64,000 nucleotides of DNA from Candidatus Omnitrophota bacterium (GTDB taxonomy: Bacteria > Omnitrophota > Gorgyraeia > JABMRN01): assembly GCA_028702395.1 (NCBI GenBank), contig JAQVOV010000001.1, forward strand, positions 3,990 to 67,989, read 5' to 3'. The first letter of the stretch is position 1, and each line of letters opens with the position of its first letter. The notes beneath the pieces were generated by a model. That model had not been told where the DNA came from, ran no database searches, and saw only the letters and a list, made by a program, of their open reading frames with translations. The position numbers were made by a program, and so were the translations under genes. Shown here piece by piece: positions 1-9,665 of the stretch.

Positions 1-1189
1 ATATATATTTTTGTTCTATTTTAAAGGATATTATAATGATAACAACAAAAAATATTATATTTCAGCTGCTTTTTTCACAGCATGTGCAGTTTTGACCAAA
101 GGGCCTGTAGGGTTTATCTTGCCGGCTTTTATAATCTTTTTATTTTTAATATTAACAAAAGATTGGAAAGCGATATTTAAATATTCATGGCTCGAAGGGG
201 CTGTTATCTTTTGTCTAGTTGCATTACCTTGGTTCATTGTTATGACAAAAGTTTATGGCCAGGACTTCACAGGACATTTTTTTGGATTTCAGAATGTTAC
301 CAGATTCCTACAGCCAGAACATAAGGGAAGTGATATAATTTTTTATTATGTTCCTATTGTGATAGTAGGGTTTTTACCTTGGATATTATTTCTGCCCTAT
401 GCCGTTACTGAGTTAGTGAAAAAAGATAAGCAGAATATTAAAAAGCATTTAATGCTTGTTTTATGGATAGGTGTATTCTTTGTGTTTTTCTCCATATCAA
501 AAACAAAGTTACCGACATACATTTTCCCTCTTTTTCCTGCTCTGGCAATATTAACAGGAAGGTTTCTTGATATCGTGTGGGAAAACAAAATTATGTCTAA
601 AACGGAAAAAAGCATAGGCATGCTTTTGCCATTATCATTTTTTATTGCAACAATAGTCGGATATTTTTTGGCAAAGCACAAATATCCTTTAATGAGTTCT
701 GCAATTATATTTAGCGGAGTAGTTCTTTGTTTTAGCACCCTCTTTTGTATGATACAAGGGCTTAAAAACCAAAAAAAAGGATTTTATTTAGGGATAGTTT
801 GTTCTATGATACTAGCAATAATGTTATTAAATAGTGTTTTGGCAAAGCCTATTGGTTTGTATGAATCTTCGAAATATTTTGTTGAAAAAGCAAATGAGCT
901 GAAATTGCCGGATGAAGTTTTGGGAGGAGAAGATGACAATAGAAGAGGGATCGCTTTTTATGCAGATATAGAAAATGTTCCTGATCTGCATGATCAAAAT
1001 ATTCTTAATAAGTTCATACTATCTGAAAAAAGAAATTGGGGAATAATGAAAACAAAAAACCTGGATTTCCTATATGAATATTATAAAGATTTTAAACCAA
1101 CATACATTGTTTATAAAATGGGAAAAAAGGTCCTTTTCACGAACAAGAAGCCGGATCAAGATGTTCCGTATATAGTTAAGGGGAGTTAA
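1..1189 (+). CDS. ArnT/PMT-family (GT39/GT83-like) polytopic membrane glycosyltransferase, likely 5'-truncated by the window edge
   Basis: Long open frame from the window start. Many hydrophobic TM segments with short loops and a C-terminal soluble domain, the architecture of undecaprenyl-/dolichyl-phosphate sugar transferases. Followed by GT2 and deacetylase genes. Confidence 0.55.
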   Translation, partial: YIFLFYFKGYYNDNNKKYYISAAFFTACAVLTKGPVGFILPAFIIFLFLILTKDWKAIFKYSWLEGAVIFCLVALPWFIVMTKVYGQDFTGHFFGFQNVTRFLQPEHKGSDIIFYYVPIVIVGFLPWILFLPYAVTELVKKDKQNIKKHLMLVLWIGVFFVFFSISKTKLPTYIFPLFPALAILTGRFLDIVWENKIMSKTEKSIGMLLPLSFFIATIVGYFLAKHKYPLMSSAIIFSGVVLCFSTLFCMIQGLKNQKKGFYLGIVCSMILAIMLLNSVLAKPIGLYESSKYFVEKANELKLPDEVLGGEDDNRRGIAFYADIENVPDLHDQNILNKFILSEKRNWGIMKTKNLDFLYEYYKDFKPTYIVYKMGKKVLFTNKKPDQDVPYIVKGS

Positions 1190-1386
1190 TAGGAGTTCGA
1201 AACCAGAAAACAGAAGCCAGAAGCCAGAAGCCAGAAGCCAGAGAACTCTTAATACGTTTTTATCTTTAAATCAATTAATACTGGTCACTGGTCACTGGTC
1301 ACTGGTCACTGGTCACTGGTCACTGGTCACTGGTCACTGGTCACTGGTCACTGGTCACTGGTCACTAAACGATATAAGGGAGTGAA

Positions 1387-2103
1387 ATGAAAGAATACAG
1401 TATATCATTCGTGCTGCCTATGTATAACGAAGTTGCAGGCATAGCCGACACAATAGAAGAAGTCAGGATCATAGCAAAAGCATTAACAGATAATTATGAG
1501 ATAATTATTTCTGATGATGCCAGCACAGATGGTTCTTATTCAAAAGCAATGGAATATGCAAAAAAAGATGCTAATATAAAAGTGATAAAAGTTCCCAAAA
1601 ACACAAAATTCGGAGGAGCTTTAGCCAATGGATTGATAAATGCGCAAAAGGAGATCATTATTTATACAGATTCGGATCTTCCTATAAGTCTATTGGATAT
1701 AAAAAGATCTCTGCCTATGATAGAAGGTGCAGATATTGTTTCTGCTGCAAGCATTGTTCATAAAGGAGAAACGATGAAAAGGAAGATAATTTCATTTGGA
1801 TACAATGCTCTTTTAAGGATGTTTTTCGGTATGAAATTAAAAGATGTAAATTCAGGGTATAAAATTTTCAGAAAAACTGCAATTGAAGGGATGAGCTTTT
1901 TATCAAAGAGTCCTTTTATTGATGCTGAGATCTTTGTAAAAGTTTTAAGAAATGGCGGAAAGATAGTACAATACCCAATCGTGTTCAGGAACAGACGAGC
2001 AGGGGAATCAAGTATCGCCAGAATGCCTATTATAATACAAACATATTTGGATATGATGAAGTTCAGAGTTTGGTTGACTGGTAAGCCGGTAAAAAAGAGT
2101 TAA
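1387..2103 (+). CDS. Family-2 glycosyltransferase (dolichol/undecaprenyl-phosphate sugar synthase, ArnC/DPM1-like)
   Basis: N-terminus has SFVLPMYNE...IISDDASTDGS and DSDL motifs typical of GT2 polyprenyl-phosphate glycosyltransferases. SD-like GGGAG lies 8 nt upstream. Confidence 0.75.
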   Translation: MKEYSISFVLPMYNEVAGIADTIEEVRIIAKALTDNYEIIISDDASTDGSYSKAMEYAKKDANIKVIKVPKNTKFGGALANGLINAQKEIIIYTDSDLPISLLDIKRSLPMIEGADIVSAASIVHKGETMKRKIISFGYNALLRMFFGMKLKDVNSGYKIFRKTAIEGMSFLSKSPFIDAEIFVKVLRNGGKIVQYPIVFRNRRAGESSIARMPIIIQTYLDMMKFRVWLTGKPVKKS

Positions 2104-2230
2104 TATTCGGTTAGTGATTAGTGACTAGTGATTAGTAATTAGAATAAATTGATCTTAAGATAAAAATCCTATAGACTTTTCTAGTCACTTATCACTAGTC
2201 ACTAGTTACTATATCTTATAAAGGGAGAAA

Positions 2231-3046
2231 ATGAATAAATATCTGATAATAAACGCTGATGATTACGGGTTTTCAGAAAAAACAAATCAGGGTATTATTG
2301 AAGCTTATACAAAAGGGGTTGTGTCTGATCTAAGCATTATGGCTGTTGGGGTTGCTTTTGAAGACGGTATCACTAGGCTAAAAGAAAACAGTATTACAAC
2401 AGCTGGGATACATGTTTGTCTTACGTCTGATGATCTAAAGCCTTTTAGGATGGAATATTTTCCAAAGAACTGTTTTCATCTGTTTCGAGATATTGTTTCA
2501 GGGAAGATCAAAAAGCAGAAAATATATGCCGAGATCAAGGCTCAAGTTAAAAAAGCAAAAGAGCAAGGACTGAGCATTTCTCACATGGATTCCCATGAAC
2601 ATGTTCATATGTTCTTCCCTATTACGGATATTTTTATAAAAATAGCAGAGGAAGAGAATATTCCTTATATAAGATATCCCAATGAAAAGATAAGGGCTGC
2701 ATTCATAAAAGAACCGGTAAATTTTATTAGAAGTTTTATACTGAAAACTATGTGTCTTTTTTCAAAAAAGAAAATAAAAAGAAGGATATCAGGGGAATTT
2801 TTTGGGCATTTTCATTCGGGAAGATTGACAAAAAAAGATGTACAAAGGTTTTTAAAAGAAACAGAAAAAGGAGCGAGTGAAATAGGATGTCACCCGGGAT
2901 CTGAAGATAAAGATCCACAACAAAGAGACCAATGGCGCAAAAACGGCCAAAACGAGCTGAATATCTTCACGGACAAAGAAGTTATTGAACAAATAAAGAC
3001 CCTTCATATAAAAACAATTTCCTTTAAAGACTTGGGAACATTGTAA
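2231..3046 (+). CDS. YdjC/ChbG-family carbohydrate deacetylase
   Basis: N-terminal LIINADDYGFS motif and His-rich motifs (HMDSHEHVH) characteristic of YdjC-like deacetylases. Confidence 0.7.
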   Translation: MNKYLIINADDYGFSEKTNQGIIEAYTKGVVSDLSIMAVGVAFEDGITRLKENSITTAGIHVCLTSDDLKPFRMEYFPKNCFHLFRDIVSGKIKKQKIYAEIKAQVKKAKEQGLSISHMDSHEHVHMFFPITDIFIKIAEEENIPYIRYPNEKIRAAFIKEPVNFIRSFILKTMCLFSKKKIKRRISGEFFGHFHSGRLTKKDVQRFLKETEKGASEIGCHPGSEDKDPQQRDQWRKNGQNELNIFTDKEVIEQIKTLHIKTISFKDLGTL

Positions 3047-3092
3047 AATACAATTATTGGACATACTCCTTTGTTTATGATAAAATCAAGTC

Positions 3093-3557
3093 ATGACAAA
3101 CAAAAAAGAAGATAATCTTATAGTTACTAACAGAAAAGCTCGAAGGGATTATATAATAACAGAGACCTTTGAAGCGGGAATAATGCTCACAGGTACGGAA
3201 ATAAAATCCTTAAGAGCTAAAAAAGCCAGCCTAAGTGATAGCTTTGCAAGAGTTGTCAAAGGAGAGATCTTTTTGTATAACTTCCATATAGGGGCATATG
3301 AATTTGGTAATATTCATAATGTAGATCCTCTAAGAGAACGAAAACTGCTTTTACACAAAAAACAGATCCAGAAAATATTCGAAAAAAATCAAACCAAAGG
3401 TATGGCAATTGTTCCTTTGAAAGTATATCTTAAAAGAGGACTTGCGAAAGTTGAAATAGCTCTTGGCCAGGGAAAAAAGTTATACGATAAAAGAGAAACC
3501 ATAAAAAAACGACAGGCTAAAAGGGAAATAGACAGAGAAATGCGTAATAAAAAGTAG
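3093..3557 (+). CDS. smpB: SsrA-binding protein SmpB
   Basis: Full-length similarity pattern to SmpB (TNRKARRDYIITETFEAGIMLTGTEIKSLR...). Basic C-terminal tail. A tmRNA is found elsewhere in the window. Confidence 0.9.
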   Translation: MTNKKEDNLIVTNRKARRDYIITETFEAGIMLTGTEIKSLRAKKASLSDSFARVVKGEIFLYNFHIGAYEFGNIHNVDPLRERKLLLHKKQIQKIFEKNQTKGMAIVPLKVYLKRGLAKVEIALGQGKKLYDKRETIKKRQAKREIDREMRNKK

Positions 3558-3559
3558 TT

Positions 3560-4237
3560 TTAGGTAAGTGCTTCAACCGCAAATCTATACATTTTAAAAG
3601 CTTCTTCGATCTTACCTTCATTATAAAAAGTGTCTCCTGATTGTATGAGAAAACGAGCTTTAGAGATCTTCTCTTCAATATTTCTTGATTGTTCTTCTGT
3701 TAGAAAAGGCTCAACAATTTCCTTGGTTTTTTTAGTTTCAAGGGGTGATCTTTTTCCTTTAAGAGAATTTTCTTTTGCTAACAATATGGCTATACGCTTT
3801 TTAGCAAAATTTTTAACATTATTGGAAGAAGTGGTATTGACAATTGAATTATACATTTCATTGGCTTCCTTTATCTTTCCTTGTTCTTCAAGAGCTCGTG
3901 CTTGATTGATAGGTGTTGTTAATTCGCTCACATTAATATCTGTAGAGGGTAGAGGCATCTTCTGCTCGTAAGAGGCAGCAACAGATAGAGAATCAGATGC
4001 TTGTGTATTTAGCGTATCAAGAGAGTCAATTTTTTTTAAGATGAAAGATGTTATTTGAGGATTATCAGAAAGCTCTGCAAGTTCTGTATAATATTTTTTT
4101 GCTTGTACATAATCGCCTTGTCGCTCTGCACTTTTTGCTGCTGCAAAAAGATCTTTTTTGCTTATATTGCCACCATATGAGTTTAGAGAGATAAGAAAAA
4201 AAGAAAGATATATAAAAAAAACAGCGACTCTTTTCAT
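3560..4237 (-). CDS. Secreted TPR-like repeat protein (hypothetical)
   Basis: N-terminal signal peptide (MKRVAVFFIYLSFFLISLNSYG). TPR-like helical repeats at both ends. Confidence 0.4.
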   Translation of the reverse strand: MKRVAVFFIYLSFFLISLNSYGGNISKKDLFAAAKSAERQGDYVQAKKYYTELAELSDNPQITSFILKKIDSLDTLNTQASDSLSVAASYEQKMPLPSTDINVSELTTPINQARALEEQGKIKEANEMYNSIVNTTSSNNVKNFAKKRIAILLAKENSLKGKRSPLETKKTKEIVEPFLTEEQSRNIEEKISKARFLIQSGDTFYNEGKIEEAFKMYRFAVEALT

Positions 4238-4240
4238 TTG

Positions 4241-5140
4241 TTATCCTTGGGATAATTCTGTTATTCGTTTTTGGACATAGTCAACATCTTCAGCATTGGA
4301 AGACAGTTCTATATATTTTTTGTAATATGCCAAGGCACTGGACGTGTTCTCAAGAACCTGATCATTAATTATTGCCAAGTTATAATAAGCGTTAGCATCT
4401 TTAGGGGAAAGAACGGAGATTTGCGTGAAGTAATCTATAGCTTTTTCGAAAAGCATATTTTCTATTGATAATAAAGCCAATTGATATAAAAAGTCTATTT
4501 TTTGTTTATCAAGTTCTTTCTGAATAACTGTTCCTTGAGAGGATACTGCTTGTTCTTTAGATAGAAGTTGTTCTTTTAGAGTGTTTTGTTCATTGTTCAA
4601 AGAAGAAATTTTTTCTTGAAGATCAGCAATTTGTTTTTTTAACGTTTCAACATAATGGGAATGGTCTTTGAAAACATCATAATAAGAGATCTGTGTATTT
4701 GCTAATTCTTTTACTTGTTTGGCGTATTCCTCTAATTTCTGATCAGGTATTTTTTGTATCTGTACTTGAGCAACAGGTTGTTGTTCGTCTGTAGATGAAA
4801 GCGTTTTATCTTTTTCGTTTATTATTTGTTGTTTAGCAGCAATATCCTGTTTGGCTTGTTCTAAAAGTTGTTGTGTTTGTGCTAACTGTTTTTCCAGTTC
4901 ATTTGTTTTTTCAGTTAAAGCAGTGAACTGTGAAGAAAGCTCACTGTTCTGTGATGACATTTCTGTGATCTTTTTTTCAAGCAAAGGGGACATTGAAGTT
5001 TGCTGGGTTTTTGATGATGACAGCTGTGTGTTTGCGCTGCTAAAAAGAAAAATATTGAAAGATAATGAAAATAACAGTAAAACTACCAGGATAATTGTAG
5101 CAGAATTCCCCGAAGGATTATTTAAATATTTATATATCAC
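4241..5140 (-). CDS. Membrane-anchored coiled-coil plus C-terminal TPR protein (CpoB/YbgF-like architecture)
   Basis: N-terminal hydrophobic anchor, long Q/E/K-rich coiled coil, C-terminal TPR (ANAYYNLAII...ALAYYKKYIEL). Confidence 0.4.
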   Translation of the reverse strand: MIYKYLNNPSGNSATIILVVLLLFSLSFNIFLFSSANTQLSSSKTQQTSMSPLLEKKITEMSSQNSELSSQFTALTEKTNELEKQLAQTQQLLEQAKQDIAAKQQIINEKDKTLSSTDEQQPVAQVQIQKIPDQKLEEYAKQVKELANTQISYYDVFKDHSHYVETLKKQIADLQEKISSLNNEQNTLKEQLLSKEQAVSSQGTVIQKELDKQKIDFLYQLALLSIENMLFEKAIDYFTQISVLSPKDANAYYNLAIINDQVLENTSSALAYYKKYIELSSNAEDVDYVQKRITELSQG

Positions 5141-5603
5141 AATTCCCCCTTAAAATAATATAATAAATAATAACATAAACTTGTGTAACCTTCAAGGGAA
5201 AAGTTTTTAGAGTACTGAGCATAAAGGGAATTTAAGGAAAAAGTAAAAAGCCTGCCTGCCGGCAGGCAGGGTAAAAGGAAAAAGGGAGGAACGTTCTGAA
5301 ATAGGTTGTGCAAAACGAGCCACGAGCTCTGAGCTAAAGGAACGTTCTAAGAGCCAGTGAGATATAACTGTTTTACAAAGAAAAGTGCAAAAAAGGCAAA
5401 AATCCTAATATTAAGATTTCACAATGGCAAAAACAATAAAACCTAGCTTTTTTATTTTAAGGATGGTAAACAGGGTTCTTTACAATGGTTGCAGGGATAT
5501 TACAAATATGTTACAGTTCTGTTACATGTCCAGAGGAAAAAGATGTTATAATTGAATTGACAAAACAGGAAATTTTGGTAATATAATAAAGAAGAGGTAA
5601 ATC

Positions 5604-5948
5604 ATGATAGATACAACTTATGAAAGAAGAGCATATAAAAGGATAAACAAGGGTTTTTCAGCTATTCTGCAGCCAGAACAATTAGGCGGTTTTCAGGATA
5701 TGATAACCTTAAGGGATCTAAGCTGCGGCGGAGCCAGTTTTTTTTCTTCCAGCAAACTAGCTCAAGGAGCTATTGCTAATATGAAAATAACTCTTATACC
5801 AAACAAACCTTCCGTAGAATGTAGAGCACGAGTTTTAAGATCAGGCGTTGAAAGAAGCAGAGAACTTTTTCCAACAGCTGTTCAATTCATTGATATAGAT
5901 GCTGCCCAAAAGTCTAGAATAGAAGATCTCATTGAATCTTTGAGCTAA
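5604..5948 (+). CDS. PilZ-domain protein (c-di-GMP receptor-like)
   Basis: RRAYKR...(RxxxR) followed by DLSCGGASF (D-x-S-x-GG) PilZ signature. Confidence 0.6.
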   Translation: MIDTTYERRAYKRINKGFSAILQPEQLGGFQDMITLRDLSCGGASFFSSSKLAQGAIANMKITLIPNKPSVECRARVLRSGVERSRELFPTAVQFIDIDAAQKSRIEDLIESLS

Positions 5949-6437
5949 GCCTTTCCACACCGTATAACTTTTCATGACGATCCTCCGCACAATAGATTTG
6001 ATATGGCTTAGAAGTCAGAGGTCAGAAGGGGCAGTTATCATTAAAAACACTGCTTATGAAAAAGATCCCTCGTAAGCGAAACACAGGTGTTTCGTAATTA
6101 CTCGGGATTGATTAAAGAACTTTTTTTATTCAAAAAAGCCTATTATTCAAAGAGGTGATCCCTCGGAAGGAAAAAGCAGTGCTTTTCCCATCTCCTAGGG
6201 ATTAATTAAAGAACTTTTTTATTAAAAAAAGTTCTTCTTAATTAAAAAAACAAGTGATACAATAAAACCATAGAAGGTTTCCCTGCTGTGTTCGCGATCG
6301 AGGTTTTGATATTTTAGCCTATACTAAAATATTGGGAGCCTAACTCTAGCGTTCTCGAGGGATCGTTAGGAGGGCACCCCCCTTAATCTAAAGGGACTAT
6401 AATATTTGATCTCTAACGGCATAAGCAGGGTTTTTTA

Positions 6438-6467
6438 AAAAGGTGAGCAACAGCTCACCTTTTTTAG
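6438..6467 (+). terminator. Rho-independent terminator-like hairpin (GGTGAGCAACAGCTCACC + T-run)
   Basis: Perfect 7-bp GC-containing stem followed by TTTTTT. Lies just upstream of the IR element preceding rarA. Confidence 0.5.
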
Positions 6468-6660
6468 AGACCAGTGACCAGAGACCAGAATAAATTGATT
6501 TAAAGATAAAAGATACAAAGATACAAAGATAAGAAGTTTTTAAAAGGTATAAAGATTTAATAGAAATTCGTAATTTAATCTTAGGATGAATGTTTTAAAG
6601 ATAACCGGGATACAAAATGTTCTGGTTTCTGGTCTCTGGTATCTGGTTTCTAAACGCTAT
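6463..6660. repeat. Type-A inverted-repeat element (heptad GACCAGA/TCTGGTC arms around a TTGATTTAAAGATAAAAGATA core) in the rarA 5' region
   Basis: Left arm gaccagtgaccagagaccagaa, right arm ttctggtttctggtctctggtatctggtttc. Ends ...aaacgctatgaacggagttag ATG. Homologous elements at 2101, 31188, 35037, 47375. Confidence 0.8.
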
Positions 6661-6672
6661 GAACGGAGTTAG

Positions 6673-7980
6673 ATGGACCTCTTCTTACATCAATACACCT
6701 CAGAGAACGAACCATTAGCATCTCGCATTAGACCGATTGCACTGGACGGTGTTTTTGGACAGGAACATATTTTGTCTCAAGGCAAGCTTTTGAGAAGAGC
6801 CATAGAATCAGACAAGATATCTTCAGTTATTTTTTATGGTCCTCCGGGATGCGGAAAAACTACTCTGGCTAGAGTTATTTGCCAGATGACAGAGTCAAAT
6901 TATGTGCAATTGAATGCTGTAAAGAACAATGTAACAGATATACGAAAAGTCATTAGCCAAGCTGAAAAAAAATTTGCTATTGATAAGAAAAAAACAATAG
7001 TTGTCATTGATGAAATACATAGGTTCAATAAAGCTCAACAGGATGCTTTAATGGAGGATGTTGAGAAAGGAAATCCTATCTTAATAGGGACAACAACAGA
7101 AAACCCATTTTTTTCTGTTAATTCTGCACTTTTGTCTAGATCTCAGATCTTTGAGTTTAAACCCCTTTCAAAAGAAAATATAAAAGACATTTTAAAAACA
7201 GCAGTAAAGGATGACGTCAATGGTCTTGGGAAGATGAAAATAAAGATCACAGAAGAGGCCTTGGAGCACCTTTGCCAAAAGTGCGAAGGAGATGCCAGAA
7301 TAGCTTTAAGTGCTTTGGAATTAGGGGCTTTAACTACACAACCAAATAGTAAAGGTATTATTGTTTTTGATCAACATGTTGCACAGGAATCCATACAAAA
7401 AAAGATAGTTTTATATGATAAGGACGGTGACGGTCATTATGATACAGCAAGTGCTTTTATTAAAAGCATGAGAGGGTCAGACCCTGACGCAGCTTTATAT
7501 TGGCTGGCAAAAATGATAGTTGCCGGAGAAGATGTGAAATTTGTTGCAAGGCGTATTGTTATATGCGCATCTGAAGATGTTGGTAATGCGGATCCTCATG
7601 CTTTGATAATAGCAAATGCAGCCTGTCAATCTGCTGAAAGGGTAGGTTTTCCTGAAGCAAGGATAATTTTAGCACAAGCCTGTGTTTATGTTGCATGTGC
7701 TCCGAAATCAAATGCAGTTTATCTGGCAATTGATTCAGCTATAGAAGATGTGAACAATAACATTATCCAAAAAGTCCCAAAACATTTAAAAGATACTCAT
7801 TATAAAGGAGCCAAAGAAATGGGACACGGTAAAGATTATAAATATGCACATGATTATGAGAATCATTATGTTAAACAAGAATATATGCCTGAAAAAAAAC
7901 AATATTATTTTCCGACAAATATGGGATATGAAAAAAAGATCAAGGAATGGATAGAAAGGTTGAAAAAAGAGAATGGTTAA
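6673..7980 (+). CDS. rarA: Recombination factor RarA/MgsA (AAA+ ATPase)
   Basis: Walker A FYGPPGCGKTTLARVI, Walker B VVIDEIHRFNK, and the C-terminal MgsA helical domain. Confidence 0.9.
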   Translation: MDLFLHQYTSENEPLASRIRPIALDGVFGQEHILSQGKLLRRAIESDKISSVIFYGPPGCGKTTLARVICQMTESNYVQLNAVKNNVTDIRKVISQAEKKFAIDKKKTIVVIDEIHRFNKAQQDALMEDVEKGNPILIGTTTENPFFSVNSALLSRSQIFEFKPLSKENIKDILKTAVKDDVNGLGKMKIKITEEALEHLCQKCEGDARIALSALELGALTTQPNSKGIIVFDQHVAQESIQKKIVLYDKDGDGHYDTASAFIKSMRGSDPDAALYWLAKMIVAGEDVKFVARRIVICASEDVGNADPHALIIANAACQSAERVGFPEARIILAQACVYVACAPKSNAVYLAIDSAIEDVNNNIIQKVPKHLKDTHYKGAKEMGHGKDYKYAHDYENHYVKQEYMPEKKQYYFPTNMGYEKKIKEWIERLKKENG

Positions 7981-8965
7981 AGCTATAGGATTATTCAGCG
8001 GAGGGCTTGATAGTATTCTTGCATGTAAATTAATAATGGAGCAGGGCATAAAGGTGAAAGGACTTGCTTTTCTTATGGATTTTGCATCTAGAGATACTGA
8101 TGGATTTAAGGAAAGACTTAAAAAAACAGCCAAGCAGATAAACCTTGAACTGGATATCATCGATGTTTCCGAAGAATTTTTAGAGCTAATACGAAATCCA
8201 GTGCATGGTTTCGGGAAAAATCTGAACCCTTGTATAGATTGCAAGACTTTTTTTCTTACAAAAGCAAAAGAGATAATGGATAAAGAAGGCTATGATCTTA
8301 TTTTTACAGGAGAAGTTATCGGTCAACGGCCAATGTCTCAGAGAAAAGAAGCGCTTAATATAATAAGTAATAGCTCCGGATTAAAGGGTACATTGCTTAG
8401 GCCTCTTTCTGCAAAAATATTACCTGAAACAGCAGCAGAACAAAAAGGGTTAGTGGACAGGTCAAAGCTTCTTGATCTCAATGGACGTTCAAGAAAGCCT
8501 CAAATGGCTTTAGCTCAAAAGTATGGGATCAAAATTTATGGAACTCCTGCAGGAGGGTGTCTCTTAACAGATCCTATTTTTGCAAAAAGATTATTGGATA
8601 TTATAGAGCATGATTCATTAGATAAGGAAAGTATAAAACTATTAAAATTTGGAAGACATTTCCGGTTAGATGCAAAAACCAAGGTCATTGTAGGCAGGGA
8701 CGAAAAAGAAAATGATATTATAGAAGAACAAGTACAAGAAAATGATCTGCTTTTCGAAGGTGATGATTTTTCAAGCCCGATCGGATTACTTAGAGGCAAT
8801 ATTACACAGGAAAATATAAAAAAAGCAGCGGAATTAGTTGTTTCACATACAAGGGAGAGTGCCAAGGAAAAAGTCAAAGTGATATTTTGGCCTAAAGAAG
8901 GGTTTGTTGATGTCCTGGATGTTTCTGCAGCTAGTCCAAAAGAAAGAGAAACCCTAAGAATATAA
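7973..8965 (+). CDS. PP-loop ATPase, MnmA/ThiI-like tRNA thiolase family protein
   Basis: PP-loop SGGLDS at the N-terminus. NPCIDCK...FTGEV region resembles MnmA NPxxxCN...ATGHY. Exact family not resolvable by eye. Confidence 0.5.
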   Translation: MVKAIGLFSGGLDSILACKLIMEQGIKVKGLAFLMDFASRDTDGFKERLKKTAKQINLELDIIDVSEEFLELIRNPVHGFGKNLNPCIDCKTFFLTKAKEIMDKEGYDLIFTGEVIGQRPMSQRKEALNIISNSSGLKGTLLRPLSAKILPETAAEQKGLVDRSKLLDLNGRSRKPQMALAQKYGIKIYGTPAGGCLLTDPIFAKRLLDIIEHDSLDKESIKLLKFGRHFRLDAKTKVIVGRDEKENDIIEEQVQENDLLFEGDDFSSPIGLLRGNITQENIKKAAELVVSHTRESAKEKVKVIFWPKEGFVDVLDVSAASPKERETLRI

Positions 8966-9155
8966 AGACTGAATAAACTTTAATGGCTAACGACAAAAGA
9001 TCTCACCAAAAAACAAAAGAAAAGGAAAAATTCATTCTCCTAATGCGATCATAAAAAGATTGCATAAAGGTGTGAAAAGTGATAGGCTATTGGCTGAAGC
9101 TAACTATTTTTTGCTAAAAAGCAACCGGCTATAGCGAAAAAAAGGAGAAGACAAC

Positions 9156-9383
9156 ATGGTGAAAAAATATGTAAGCCCCACAATGAAAGCAGTCGAACTT
9201 GAACCAAAGCAAGCAATAATACAAGTTTGTGTAATTGGCGGAGTATATATGAGAAATGTTCCTCTTGCCCCTATTTGTTTTCCGGCAGGAACAGACATGA
9301 CAGGAATATGTTCTGTTTCAGTAAAAGGACAAGAAACAGGGAGCGTATCTCTTTCCCCTGTTGGTGAACTGCCAGGATCATAA
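9156..9383 (+). CDS. Small Cys-containing peptide, paralog P1 of a 7-member family (leader-peptide precursor-like)
   Basis: AAGGAG SD 8 nt upstream. N-terminus MVKKYVSPTMKAVELEPKQAIIQVCVIGG matches the family consensus. Two core Cys, VKGQ motif, C-terminus ...PGS. Confidence 0.5.
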   Translation: MVKKYVSPTMKAVELEPKQAIIQVCVIGGVYMRNVPLAPICFPAGTDMTGICSVSVKGQETGSVSLSPVGELPGS

Positions 9384-9398
9384 TCGGCAGTAGGGGCA

Positions 9399-9665
9399 AT
9401 GAATTGCCCCTACAAAAAAACAAAGGTAAAAATGCATAATTGTTCACAATGCCCTAAAAAACATTCTTGCGATAGCGAGTTAAACACAAAAGATACTTTA
9501 AAAGCTATCCTAAAAATTTTCATTATGCCTTTTTTTTTGTTTTTAATAGGTATTACCATAGGCGTTGCACTGTTCTCTAAAAACGAGTTTCGCTATTTAA
9601 TAGGGTTTATGTTAGGGTTTATGTTAATTGTTCTTAATTTTGTAGTTATAAGGCAACCGAAATGA
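9399..9665 (+). CDS. Small membrane protein with Cys-rich N-terminus (C-x10-C-x2-C-x4-C) and two TM helices
   Basis: Sequence features only. Resembles RseC-like small redox membrane proteins in architecture. Confidence 0.3.
   Translation: MNCPYKKTKVKMHNCSQCPKKHSCDSELNTKDTLKAILKIFIMPFFLFLIGITIGVALFSKNEFRYLIGFMLGFMLIVLNFVVIRQPK

Noticed and set aside
1261-1368. Tandem TGGTCAC/TAGTCAC arrays (also 36600..36715, 38925..39055, 40065..40100) as a possible CRISPR array
   Set aside because: Unit length is 7 bp with no unique spacers and no repeat-spacer periodicity. No cas genes in the window. They are microsatellite-like heptad arrays.
6140-6215. SRP (4.5S) RNA-like 'CCTCGGAAGGAAAAAGCAG' motif
   Set aside because: Resembles the GGAAGGAAGCAGC domain IV motif only superficially. 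The flanking sequence does not form the required extended helix with symmetric or asymmetric loops.
9156-9383. Peptide family as type IV/Flp pilins or Sec-secreted small proteins
   Set aside because: The N-terminus is charged and amphipathic (KIRAIKLDQKQA) with no hydrophobic signal or prepilin G|F(T/S)L(I/L)E motif. The GG/AG follows a Cys-containing helix rather than a prepilin leader.
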